This document shows positions 24,526 to 37,859 of a stretch of DNA of 64,000 nucleotides, piece after piece. This DNA is from Ruditapes philippinarum (taxonomy: Eukaryota), in contig NW_026853285.1 in NCBI RefSeq assembly GCF_026571515.1, positions 372,001 to 436,000 of the forward strand. The letters run 5' to 3'. Position 1 is the stretch's first letter. Each line of letters begins with the position of its first letter. The position numbers and the translations under genes were made by a program. The notes below the pieces were generated by a model. The model searched no databases, was not told where the DNA came from, and saw only the letters and a program-made list of their open reading frames with translations.

Positions 24526-25611
24526 AATTATGAAAAAAGCTGTTTGACATTAAATTTATTAATTAGACAAGAAAATAAGACGGAATCTCCTTAAAATACT
24601 AGGCGTTAAGTTGTTTTCTTACGTAATTATTTCAAACTACTGTTGACACAGCTTTGTATTTAGTAGAATGGACGCCACGAAAAAAAATTTTGATTTATTA
24701 AAAAAAGTGTTTAGATTGATTTTCCTTAACCTATTTAATTAGAGCCTAGAATGCGGGCGTTGTCTGCTGGAATTGTAATTTACTGCCTTACAAATGAACA
24801 AACATGACAGAGGATTAAAGAAATAGGAAATAGTTTGTTATAGTCAAAGTCAAAGAGTTTAAACGTACAATAGGCATGAGAAATAAATGGAGAAATATTA
24901 AACTGTGTTTGATTATTTTATTGTTATGGATTTAGAGCTACTTCGATACTTACAACATTGCGATAACAGCGATGAATGTAAATGATTTGTCATAAAAGTA
25001 GCAAAACTTAAAAAAGTATCTTGCCTTCTTCTTAACTGCGCCTTTTGACTGCTAGTCTGTTATATGCAGGAAACTCCCTTTCTAAATTTCATTTTAATTA
25101 GTACACTTATAGGGCACATGCATTCTTTAGCTTGAAGACCATATGCTAATATTCATGGAATGACACCTACGTGGCACTTTGAAGATTCCATGATATCCGC
25201 CGTTTAAACACATCTGCGATGTTTCTTAATTTAACAATTTACCATTCTATGTTAAATGTTTAACTTTGCTTTACTCGGTGCTAGCGGATGTCGTCGGTAG
25301 CTTGCACTTTCCGTTCATAAACAAGGTCAATCAAACCGACTCTTTAGCGATTTTTAGGGATTTTTTCTCTATCTTATCTTCCATATGTAATCTTGAATCA
25401 CTATTGCTAGTGACCAAAATCAAAAGTTGGTTCAGTCATATGACTAAAAAAATTAAAACAATGATATTTGCATTAAGTGGATTTATTATTAATCTTACGC
25501 ACAATGTTACATATCGTTCAATCTATGTATTACACGCTTTATCATATCACGTTTACAAGGAAAATACTCTTACGCTCAATGCAGTTTTAAATATTTTTTT
25601 ATCAATTCTCT

Positions 25612-25990
25612 ATTTTATTATATACTTATAAATTAAATATTGAGAAATATTGATGAAATAAAATGCGTAATTTAATTTTCCGTATTTTCACTGTTAAAAT
25701 TTATTTTTCACTGCAGTAAAACATATTTTCCGTATTTTCACTGGTGTCTTGCCGGATTACTTTCTTTAAAATTCGACCAGTACACATAATTTAAGGGAAA
25801 GTCTTTCAAACTGCAATTCAAAAGAGAAAAATTTGTATATAATAAACAGAAAATTTAAGTTTTTCCTATAAATACATGATTTTTTTTCATCGAGTGTTAT
25901 GAAAATAAATAGTTCATGATTGGCGGTAGCCACGAGTGAAATATGATACTTTTCATGCCAGAATATTAGCATGTTAGAATGGAAATAAAT
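25612..25990 (-). mobile_element. CGAG-hairpin element, copy-2-specific
   Basis: TTTATTATATAC (~25613) and GTATATAATAAA (~25836) inverted pair followed by a hairpin with core TGGCGGTAGCCACGAGTGAAAT (25921-25942). Confidence 0.6.
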
Positions 25991-27261
25991 AAAAACTTTT
26001 CTTGCAAATGCACGCTTAATCGTTCAAATGCGCTGGAATTAATCATTCAAGCCTAACGACCTTCGTGGTTATATCCCTGTGCATTTGAACTCGAACAGTA
26101 CATTATTCAAAATTAATGCACTTAAAGTTTATATATATATATCACCTAGATATATATTTAATGTCAAGATGTATTTATAATGATATAAATTCAGATAATT
26201 TGACAGGAGTATTCCAACTGACGGATATATGTACCATGTTGAATGATGTATCTTCCTCGGTCATTAAACATACAGAATCAAATCCGTTTAATAGTTTCAT
26301 ATTTTTTCTGAACATTGCTAAATCAATCAAAATCAGTAAGATGATCATTTTGAGATGTTTTCAGATATAAAACAGATACAAATGTATGACATTGGTGTAC
26401 GTACGTGAAAATATCTCCAGGCTAATAGTATGATAATTTATTCATCACGTGATTGTTAACTCGCTTTTTTATCACATTAAACTGTCCTGTTATAGTTCAT
26501 TTTTCAGAAATCTTTGATACTGTCTTATGATTTCATATGTCATTTTTACTTACACAAACATTTAATGTATAAATTTCTTCATGTACGTATTTTGTCACAA
26601 AACTCTAGTATACAGAAAACAAAACGGTACTTCAAAGGGGGATAAAACTAAAAAAAAAACAAAAAAACTTCTGCCTTATAAATGTTCAAACTCAAATTGT
26701 TTCAGTAATACATAGCTCTGAAACATAACTGCTGGCAGAAAATAACAACTTTTTATAAGTAAAATTTGCTTCGAATGCTGAAAGCTTTGGTGGAAACATT
26801 ACATCGGAAACGGTCTTCAACATTGCGTTTAGCATGCGAATAAGGAAACTTTAATCTGAGGTCCAAAACGTTATCCGTATAACATTGATGCCAAACATGT
26901 TCAGTGTCTCATCATAATCAATTTAAGTAAGTATGACTCTTTATCAAAGGCAGCCATTTTAACATCGTTTGTTATGAATAAAAAACTCATATTTATTTTA
27001 GGACCTATTTCACATATGTTTCTCTGTTGCCGTCAGAAGCCTCAGCTATTTATTTCATCATCAAAAATTATCTGGTTATGTTTGTCAAAACGGTTCAATG
27101 ACATGTAAATTGAATTCGAACCGCGTCACGCACCTATAACTAAGTAATGTATTACTAAGCGCTGTGCATTTAAAAACTGCGTAGCAAATAGGTGTATTCG
27201 TAAACAACTTTTATCTTAAGGGTAAAATTAAATAAAAAGGTGTTGTTTTTTTTCGTTTTTT

Positions 27262-27390
27262 TTTTCACTTAACATGATAAAATTCTATATGATTCACTCG
27301 CCGCTTCGGTTCGTGAAAATATATGAAATTTTATCATATTTCGTAAAAATGTATTTCATAGTTCACTCAAACGAAAAAAATATCCTCTAA
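27262..27390 (-). mobile_element. CGAG-hairpin element terminal fragment (duplicate)
   Basis: TTCACTCG-CCG-CTT-CGG-TTCGTGAA core, AATATCCTCTA end. Confidence 0.6.
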
Positions 27391-28397
27391 TTATTAGCAT
27401 TTACAGTGGTTGTCTTATCAGATTTAACTCTAATTGGAAAATACCTTATATAGTTAAACAACAACTTGCATAAAGTGAATTAAGCAAGATGATGACCACA
27501 GTGGTTATCATAAAACAAAAACAATTATACAGTCCATCATTTTGTTATGTTTGTTTGTAAATTTCATGCTTGTTATGACTTCTGTTCGTAATACCAAGAC
27601 ATAGGTTTTAAGTCTCTTCACATAAAAAACGTAAGGCGAATTCATCTGAATTATTTGTTTCTCCTTTGCAAACATAGTAAGAGAGCGGTCAAGATCCGAA
27701 CGCTGTTCACATTTGTATCATTTTTTTTTCATTTTTAAAACAGATCAACTATCATATTGTGACAAACATTCATTATTAACAATTTTACAACTACTGTATG
27801 ATAGTTCTGTAATACCCGTGCGTCACATACGAATTTTTGTCTTTTTTCACAACGTTGTTTTTAAAATGATCCAGCAGCAATAATCTTGTTTTTTCCAGAT
27901 ACTCTCCATGTGCACGTGATCTTTTTCGTGTGTTTTCTTTAATTTGGCTAATTAGTGAGACCATTGTTTAACTCTTGACTACACGAAACAATCAGTTAAT
28001 TCACCGGCAAATTTCGGTCAAAACAGCATGGACATAGTCTACACCAAAATGATATTGAAAGGATTATATCGGGCAGTAACACGTCATTCATTCACTGAAT
28101 TGCGCAAATGATGTCACTGCTCTGTTTCTCTGGCTTGACACGCATATGAAAATAGAGAACAAAATCTCTAAAGAACGCCCACAACGGCAAAATTGAAAAT
28201 CTGATTAAGCCTGTTCATGGTCGGGACTGGACAGTGCAGTTATCGTCCACGCCTCTAGCACCGGCTAATGCAGAATTGAATATTTAAACAAGAAAAATGT
28301 GAAAATTTGAATTTGTAAAGATTCGCAGATATTAAAACTTCGTGACATAAAAATTGCGGACTTTTGAACATTCTATCATGTTAAGCGTCCTTCTGTC

Positions 28398-28809
28398 CGG
28401 AGACCGCAGGGTATTGGTACGCGTTCTACTTTTGAGGCATGGAGGAGCACGTGACCAGTTTTCGGGACATGGAGGAGCATGTGATCTGTAAACCGTACAC
28501 GATTGGTTAATTGACCTTTTCGATAACCTGGCTAAATACCGTTTGTCGTTACTTTACGGAATTACCTCTAAGGAATTAGTCAGAATTAAACCTAATTAAG
28601 AACAAAAACCTATTACGTGATATTCCTAATTTTCTATTTAAGGTGGAAAAACTTGAATGATTTATTTGAAAATTATCATTGTTTCTTTAATATATGTATC
28701 TCAAATTTTACAAACAATAAATTGTTTACACTGAAAATCTACAAAATTAAAATATTCGTAGTGGCATCTGCCATAATAGATAGAATTATTTTCTGCGTAA
28801 ACTTGTGTG

Positions 28810-28849
<40 letters not shown>

Positions 28850-29331
28850 TTTAATTATTCATAATATGGTAGGCCTATTTAATCATTTTCTTAAAAAGAA
28901 ATAATTGTTTTATGTTCGACCTTCTCCGGTTACCAACGGTCACCAGTTTCGAAAGACCTTCTTCTATGTTGATCGATTATTGTCAACTATATTCCTGATA
29001 TAAACGTTTATTTATTCCCCTCTGCCAAAACGGTGTTGAAAATAGTTAAATGAAATATCTTTATATCATGAAAAATGTTCCCCGCAGGAAACCATTTTAC
29101 TTGTTATTGATATTGATAGCCGAGGACAGACGATCAGGCATGGGCTCTTTACTGAGGTAAACTAATTGGAAGACTTAAAACCGAAAAGTGTGTATAAACA
29201 TTCATTATCTGACATGTATTCTAATGGCAACAGTTCTTAAATGAAAAGGTAAAGACTCAAAATGAGTATGAGTATGTAAGGCAGCACCAAATGCTACAGT
29301 AATAGTGGAGTTCAAACTTCAAACTTCAGTT
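28398..29331. mobile_element. Unclassified insertion at the end of block copy 2
   Basis: Begins exactly where homology to 16229 stops; GC-rich start with direct repeat CATGGAGGAGCA(C/T)GTGA; contains a long poly(T) at 28815-28846. Confidence 0.4.
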
Positions 29332-29607
29332 CAAACTTATGTTCAAATATAACGATCAGTAAGTTCATTTAAGCAATGTTCCTTAATCAAGTAAATTTTA
29401 TACTTAGTCTAATCATTTTCTTATCAATGCTTTTGATAGCAGGCTTTATATTGCTAACTATGTTAGGTGCGTAAAATTGTAATAAAAGAGTTTAATGTAA
29501 AATTTTATCCACTAATTACGATTTAACGGCTGAAGTGAAACGATGGTAGCGAAAATCGGCAACAAAGATAAAATGGACAAGAAAGCTAATTCAAAATGTT
29601 TCCATAT
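29332..29607 (-). repeat. Inverted copy of 16238-16507
   Basis: Reverse complement matches throughout (CAAACTTATGTTCAAATATAAC...CAAAATGTTTCCATAT). Confidence 0.92.
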
Positions 29608-31219
29608 TAATTATAAATATGAAAAGTAGCATTATTATAAATTAAATACTGACATGACAAAAATGCAGAAAAACAATTTGCTCATTTCTTAGTTTTGTTC
29701 TAAAACAAATATCAATCATATACTTATATGCAACTTTATAAATTGCGTAATTACATGTAAACTGAAACATATATTTCAAAATTTTTATAAGCAATCACAA
29801 CATAATAATTTTAACAAAAGTTCAAAAACCTTTAGCTGTCAAGTACTTGAAATATCGAGGGATTATTTTTACGTTTATGGATCGGTGATTGTCTGAATTT
29901 AATAAAGATATATTATTTCTGTTGGCATATATGATCTAGTTTGCTGACACAAAGGTTTTATATTTACTCCAACGTTTACAATCAAAGCAAACAGCAGTCC
30001 CTGTGAAAGTGATAAAAGTCCAGATTTGTATACGCCGGCAATGGTTCAAGGTTATACAGTATGATTTATCTCTATCAGTCAGGCAACAGCTGAGCAATTT
30101 GTACGTCACATTCATTCATATCCGATACTTATCAATCTTATTTACAGTGCAACAGATATCTAGCTTATCCTAGCGGATTTCAGAATATGAAATAGTTTCA
30201 TATGTGTTTTTGTTAAGTACTGTCTATTTAGATTCCATGCCCTGATGCCCCCGAGACATATTTACGAATAAACTTTGACACCTCTCCTACACTCACATAG
30301 CTTGATTGAAAATGTCTGTAGAAATTATTACTTTGCCATGTTTTTCTTTGTAAATCTGATTTACCATTAGTAAACGGTCAATGGGACAAACGGTTTTTGA
30401 CAAACGACATATTCTTAAATTAATTTTGAAGAAAAATGTTGTCTTAAATATTTATAAAAACATCGTAATATAGTAATTAAGCAATATTCTAGATGTAAGT
30501 GCGTGGTATGAATCATATTGCAAATGTGATTTTCAGGTATATTAACATTCTTTTCAAATCAAAATGAATCGAGCATTTGTATGTATTTATTTGTATTTAC
30601 CACTCAAATCCTTTTTATATGCTTATATATGTATTAAGTTGTATCTGGCATAGAATATTGAAAGTACTTTATGTGATTGACGTGATAGAAAATAGAATAT
30701 CTTTTATTATGGCATTCCCTGTCAGTTTACCCGATAATTTATACTTATCTGCTCATAAATACTATTTTACTGCTCATTCATAAGCATGTTTCTGTCTTAT
30801 AAGCATGTTTCTGTGATACATTGTACAGACGCATTTTAAAGTGGCTGGCGAGATACTGTGGCCATGTAATGTCAAATTGTCGTAAAATATATTTTCTAAG
30901 TGTACTTTGTGAGCAATACCACATTACTCTAATGTCTTGATCTAAGTTTTGACGCTCGCACAAGTTTTCATGTAGATTAAAATGTATGATTTTTTGTGGA
31001 TGACCAGCACCTTAGGCTGTAGGCCAATTCTTTCATAAAGTGGATGTACCCGTCTGAATATAAACGACGTTAATCAAAATTTCAGTGGGTCTAAAACTTT
31101 ATAACAGTAACACTTCTATTAACCAACATATTTAGTATTAATGATTTGTAACAAGAAAAAGAAATTTTCCATTTAAAAATTTTCAGATCATCAATTAGCC
31201 TTAATCTAAAATGTAAGGC

Positions 31220-33545
31220 AAAATGTAAACTTTGAACAGATAAATTTATTCTATAATTCTGTAGAAGTACACAATACAAGCATTAATTCATTGCGTGTGA
31301 AGCAGTACATTAAGTGCGGATGGCATCTTCTGGATAGTGTAGTGACAATTTTCTTAGATCATTATAATAGACAACAGCGCAACAGGAGATTGAATTCAAT
31401 GACGTTTAACACACGATATAATTGTATCACAGACAATATGTTTACAGGAAGTTTGTTGTTCGAAAAAGTTAATACGTATGAAAAATATTTACTTCACAAA
31501 AATCAGTAAATATGAAAACATCAGGCAAAAAATAACCAATTCACAAGTGATTCACCTCTATATTCAACGGAAATAACTGATAAAAAATCAGTACAATTTT
31601 GATAAGTGGCACATACGCTGAAATAATCATCCACTATGAACTTTATAAAACGATGTACACATGGTTCTCAAAGTATTATTGGTCCATGAAAATAAGTTTG
31701 AAGTTACTTTTGATGAATGGCCATCTGGTGAATACAAGTTATGTTTTGTATTTGATATTTCACAAAATTACTTAGGTCTAAAATTTTATTGACAATGTAA
31801 GCGTTTTGTATAAACCTTATAATCGACGCTGGCACGTTAACTTGATATTTTTGAGTTTGCAAAGTGCACACGCGACAATCGTGACAGACACGCAACCCCT
31901 GTGACAATTGATGACTGTTTGTAAGCAATATTATTTGATGGTCTAATGCTGACAATTGAAATACCAGATTTTGTCTGAAAAGTTCAATTCATAACACTCA
32001 AAGTATATCACTACCGTGCCACTTAAAAAGGTTTGCCGAGCTAGAATTATTTTTTAATTCCATAAATTTTAACTTAATTGTAGTTGCATTTTGTTCCTAC
32101 ATTAAAGTATCATAATTAAAGTAAGGAAAAGTCAGGCCAATATGATGACTAATTGCACAACGTTAACCTATGACGTTATATTCTTTTCTATGCGTCTTTT
32201 TCCCTGCGCTCCAATGAAATTAATTGAAAATAATCGTTTTGCTAAAAAGACACAAAAAATAAAGTTTTTGTTATAGTGAATATACTATTTATCTCACAAA
32301 AAAGTGAAATTGTATGTCTTTATTCTCAGTGTGACAAACAGCATTACTACGAAAAACGTTAAACATTTTTATAATCTATATATCTAGTTCAAAAGTATTT
32401 CAAAGAAAGGAATACAATTGCAGTCCATCTTTATGATAGTTACAGAACTGAATGAGCTTGGACCCATTAGATATTTACTTATGTTTTAAATAAACACTCA
32501 TGTAAAGTGACATCATTCTCATTTTTCTACTTTCAAGATGAGCTATATTTCGAAAGATTGGCTATTATAACAGTTATTCACTAAATTGGACACCGATAAA
32601 AACTGCCTAAAATATAAAAAGCACTGTGCCACTCTTTTTACTGATAAAGTACGTAGGACATCACAACAAATGTTTATGGGTCACGTGAAAAACTGATTAT
32701 TTTTGCGATGCAAAATATACATGCACAATATAAAACAATTATGGCAAAATGTTAAGTTTTTTTTCTTTATTTTATTTTACTTTTACCTGTACACACCCGA
32801 ATTGTCATAATGCCGTTTTAATGTCTTAATGTAACAAAAACAGAATACTTAAAAGATCCTGTATGGTTTAATATCATAAATATGATGCTCAAATTAAGAT
32901 TTATCAATTTTGTAAGTTCCATAAAAGCATTATTTATAAAGAAATTACCGAATTTAACATTTAATGTAAATAAAGAGAGATAAAAAAAATATTTTCTATA
33001 AAGATTCAGTTAAATTTTTCAATAAGAAATGAATGCGTATATTTTAATGATTACAAATAATATGTACAAATATTTTACATATTCTTCGATGTTTGAAAAA
33101 TTGCTTTATAAGAATAATTATAAACATATATATTATTTCATTTAAGTGTGGTATGCAACCTCAATTACAACATACAGGATCTTAATGTTAAACATGAACT
33201 TAACAAGAACTTAAGATATTTTCTCATTTTCTATGCTTATCGTTACATATCGCTCAATCTGTGAATGATAGAGGTAACCATATAATACATACTTTAAGTC
33301 AAGATGTATTTGTGATGATGTGACTAGAAACTAAACTTGACAAGAGTATTTCACTTTGCGAATATGAGGGCTGTATTGAACGATATTTCTCCCGAAGTCA
33401 TTATTCATACAGAATCAAATCTGTTTAATAGTTTGATATTTTTTCTGAACATTGCTTAATCAATCATAATCAGAAAGATGTTCATTAGAAGAAGTTTTCA
33501 GATATGAAACAGATAAAAAGGTATGGCATTAATACATCATGTTTA
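31220..33545 (+). repeat. Older diverged paralogous pieces of the duplicated block
   Basis: 31220-31650 aligns with ~20800-21280; 33205-33545 aligns with 5313-5880, 17125-17740 and 26160-26400. Confidence 0.75.
32854..33181. mobile_element. TTAA-target MITE (Kolobok-like ends)
   Basis: TTAA..AGATCCTGTATG...CATACAGGATC|TTAA; second copy at 56453-56785 with different flanks. Confidence 0.75.
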
Positions 33546-33929
33546 TGCGGAAGAATATCTTTGAATAATTCTATTGTTAAGAACGTAGTCTGAATGAATT
33601 ATTTTTTAAACTGTACAATTATACTTCATTTAAAGAAAAGATTGATATATTTATATTATCTTATAAATTACTGACAATGTGCAATGTATGTTTAAGGTCA
33701 ACTAAAGTAATAAATAAACATCAAAAATATTTGTTTGATAAAGCATTAGTAAACAGACTTAATTAGCAAAACGTTTAATCGTCATATTCAAAGATATACT
33801 ATGCTCAAATTTGATATTCGAAATTATTGATAATTGCTGCACAGTCTCTTTGTATATATAAAATGTTTAAACATGGTTTGTCTTCACACAAAGATGACAT
33901 AGTGTGTTTATATTCTATACACTATATCC

Positions 33930-34500
33930 AGGTACAAGTTTGCGGACGGCAACGGGTACGGCAACGGCAACGCCGCCAGGACTATAACAATACTTCTTGC
34001 ATATCAGACTGGCGTTTCCGTGAGTTTTACCCATGCCGGAAATTTCATCTGGCATGGGGGTGCCAGATGAGTCGCGTGCCAAACAACAACGTCATTTTAG
34101 CGCGCTTTATGAATGAACCGCGTTAAAATGACGTCGTTTTAGAAGGGAAATATGTGCTAAGGATGACGTCATTTCGTCGTTGTTATTTAAGTTGTAAGTT
34201 CATACGCTATTGTTAGAAAATAGTTATGGATGAAATGACTTTAATTTCCATGATCATATATCATATTGAGGTAAACTATTTTAAATATGAAATAATATGG
34301 CAGAATATGCAAGAAAAAATATCTAACATATGTTTGCGGTTCGGATCGGAATATCCGTCCCTCTGGAACCCGCCCATGGGCGGTAACTCGGCAAGCCTCG
34401 TTACGCCCAATGGGCGGGTCCCCTCGGGACGGATATTCCGGTCCGAACTGCAACATATGACAGATATTATTACTCTACTTTAAAAAAAGTCGGGCTAATA
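33930..34500 (-). mobile_element. HINE-like terminal fragment split by a nested element
   Basis: (CGGCAA)n microsatellite then ACTATAACAATACT, resuming at 34471 as TACTCTACTTTAAAAAAAGTCGGGCTAATAA. Confidence 0.55.
33994..34470 (-). mobile_element. CGAG-hairpin element, best-preserved example
   Basis: TTCTTGCATAT (33994-34004) and ATATGCAAGAA (34305-34315) inverted pair, then a ~150-bp GC-rich hairpin 34318-34468 with core CTCG-GC-AA-GC-CTCG (34387-34400). Confidence 0.85.
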
Positions 34501-34943
34501 ATGACGAGTTCTAGACGACCTTCAAACACCTTCGAATTTTTATTTGATTTATCTTTGAAAAATATTCCTATCTGTAGAATGTATTAGATAAATAGAGGAA
34601 ATAATGCTTTTTCTCTGATTTAAATTATATACTAGTTCAAAGACAGTCACATTTAACCACTGGCCAATCATGTTATCCAGTAGTTTATAAGCTGGTTACA
34701 TTTAAGGATTGGATAAAGTATTTTATTCCGCAAATATATCTAATTGGTAAATAGTAATTATCTGGTGGATAGTCAGATTTTAACCATGATTAACTCTATC
34801 CACTGTTTAAAGCAGTATAGATCTATCTGTTGTCTTGATTTCACGTCAGGAAGTCATAATTTTTTACAAATATACTAGTACACAAGAACCAGCCTATTGT
34901 GTGTGTATCAGTACAATTAGTGTACATTACAAATTCCTGATAG

Positions 34944-34988
34944 TATTATTATTATTATTATTGTTATTATTATTATTATTATTATTAT
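34944..34988 (+). repeat. (ATT)n microsatellite
   Basis: Direct reading. Confidence 0.95.
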
Positions 34989-37169
34989 TTCCTCCATAAC
35001 TGAAGAGCATTTACATTATATATATTACAGATAGTACAAAGGATCATAACTTTGATAAGTTTAAGTTTATTTTTCAAATTCCATAAGGCCACATATATAC
35101 AGTAAATATAAATACAAGATTTTTTTAGAATTATATAAATTAGTAAAGAAAAGGCATAATTATAATATGTACAAACATTTAGCTTTAGTTCATCACATTT
35201 GACAGACAAATATAAATATGTAAGAAAAAATTTAATATTAACTATAATTTTGTTTCGGATTACATTGCTATCAAAACAGTAAATGTGTAAGTTCCAACGG
35301 ACAAATTCTGCAATGCCAGACTAAAATTTACTATTGATATATGAAAATCCAGTTTGACATAACTAGGAAAAATATTGTATATGTTAAAGAGTGGTGACGT
35401 AAAAGCATCTTCTCTATACATTATTATAGATCAATGATTGTCAGGCTAACTTAAAGTAAAAGTAAACGATGTTTGGCAACCTTTGATCAGACATGCATAA
35501 GACATAGTGCTGTTAAATACAAGTACCAGCGCTTGTTAACTGGCAGTAGAATTAGCAGTTATGGTACTAAAGTTTTGTTCAGAACTGCTGTTCTATTAAT
35601 TTTCTTGTGGGATTAATTACTAGCAACAGTACTAACAACAGCGTTTTCATATATTTACCATAATATGCAAAAATAAGATACTGACAAACGACAAAACATT
35701 AGCATTCTTTTATTCTTTGTTCTTTTATGTCATACATTTATCAACAAGATATGTTTTGCCAGAATAAGTACATTTATTTGCTGGTCAGCTACTCCCTGTC
35801 CAAGTGTCAGTAATGGCTGTACCGGTAAAAGACAAAATAACTTTAGATTTTATGATAATTGTTTTCAATTTTATAGTCTCGTCTCATGCACGTTATCAAT
35901 AACCCACATGACTCACAGAAAATTCGATTAATAGTTTTCGTAATGGATCGTAAACGTTCAATTAATAAAGAGTGGAACAGCACCATAAAATGACTTAAAG
36001 CAATATTTTATGTTATATCCTCATCATTTTTCATTATCAATCATTGGCCAATGGCCATTATAATAGTCAATCTTTTTAAAAGTCCATTATGCCTCAGAAA
36101 CGGTTTCATATTTAAAAAAAAAAACTTTTTATTTTTGGTATCTTGTTCCAGTTTCCAAATTATTAGTCATTTTACACATATTCGTACATTTGTATGGAAG
36201 TCAAAATAATACTATTCTTTACGACATATGAGCGCTACTTTCTACAGTTGTAAAACATCTAAAATGCTTTTTTTAAAATACGGTTTTCTTAGGCATAATA
36301 CGTATGCCTCTTAACATATAGCTAATTTATCTCAACTCGACAGCGAAAAGTCACTTTTAACCTTTTTCATATTTCTTTCAAAAATATTAACTAATTCATA
36401 AGAAATTAAATATATATGAGATTTAAAAGTTTACTTTTTCGGAAAGAATTTGCATTTATATGAAAACCAAATGCCTCGGTACTGAATTACAATTTGGATC
36501 AAAACCATTGATAGATATAAATACCAATTATGCATATGTGAAACAATGCAGATATACATGACAGCCGAATTGCAAATTGACATGTTCATGAATCGCATTT
36601 TTAATTGTTTTCTAATGTTTTTGCTTTGCTTTTCTCAGTTCAGCTCACGACAATACCTAGCGTTATTATTTCTGGACATTCGTAATAGTTTTGTAAAACA
36701 TTATAAATCAACAGTGGCACGCACAGTTCTGTTTTGTGTCTGGCCACGCGACAACAGTGACGAACACGCAACACCTTTCATAATAATAGATATCTGCTTC
36801 ATAAATATGCAAAGATATAAGTAATAAAAAGTTGCTTTGACATATGTTTTAGACACTGACTTTTTCATTAATCACCATTGCTTCTGCTGTTTGTTTTATA
36901 TATTACATAATTATGCCATCATATGATGGCTAAAGACTTTGAAGATGTGTCACAATTATATTAATAGTTTTAGGTAAAAAAACTGATAACTTTGTTGTCA
37001 TACTGTTGATATTGTCTGTGAATTCATTCTGGAATTTGTACATATATTTCGTTTCAATAAATTGAAATTGAAATCTAGTTAAAGATAAAAAAGAAGATAA
37101 AATACATTGTAACAAATGACATGGGTTCAAATTACTGGAGTCTAATTACTGGAGACTATACATCTCTTA

Positions 37170-37260
37170 ACTGCAGTAGGGGATGTGGTTTAACCCAATG
37201 TGTTGCTTTAAGTTTGTGAAATTGTGTTGGTGCGCCGTAAAACCAAACAAAACCAAACAC
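37170..37260 (+). mobile_element. SINE 3' tail fragment
   Basis: GAAATTGTGTTGGTGCGCCGTAAAACCAAACAAAACC, matching 6777-6810. Confidence 0.55.
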
Positions 37261-37859
37261 TGCTTCAAAGAGGGTAATGACTGTGTTACGAAGGTTAATG
37301 ACTTGTCTCCAGTTCAGGTATAACTATTTTAAACTTCCTCGGAATTGATGCTTCAAAGTGAATTTCATTTGATTGAAACGTAAGGGTTCAGATTGATTTT
37401 TCTGTATCCATTCAATTAGTACCGTAGATGTGGGTGATATCTGATTATCTGTATTGCCTATCTAATGAACAACATGGCAGAGGAGAAAATAATTATATCA
37501 GACAAAAATAGGTAGTTTAATGTGTTTTTAATAAACAAGTGTTAGAAATATATTACTATTATTGAAAGTTAAAGGAACAAAATATGCAATAAAATGCAAA
37601 TTATTATTCAGCCATACATTCTGATGCAATTAAAGTTGATTCTAGTTGAAATGCAATTACAGTAGAAAATTCATGTATGATTAACATCAATTGATCTTAC
37701 ACTACATATTGTAAGTTTTGATTTGTTTACTCTGTTTACAATGTTTTCCTATCTAAAATGGTTAAACATGTGTATTTAAAAGTGCAATCTATAGCTGTTA
37801 CATTGGCTGCTTACATGCTATTTTGAACTCCAGTGTAGTAAGTACACGTTTTCTTCCGA

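Larger units (their letters stand above)
16773..28397 (+). repeat. Large tandem duplicated block, copy 2
   Basis: Colinear with 4972-16229; clean sequence; carries extra insertions at 21945-24525 and ~25612-25990. Confidence 0.95.
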
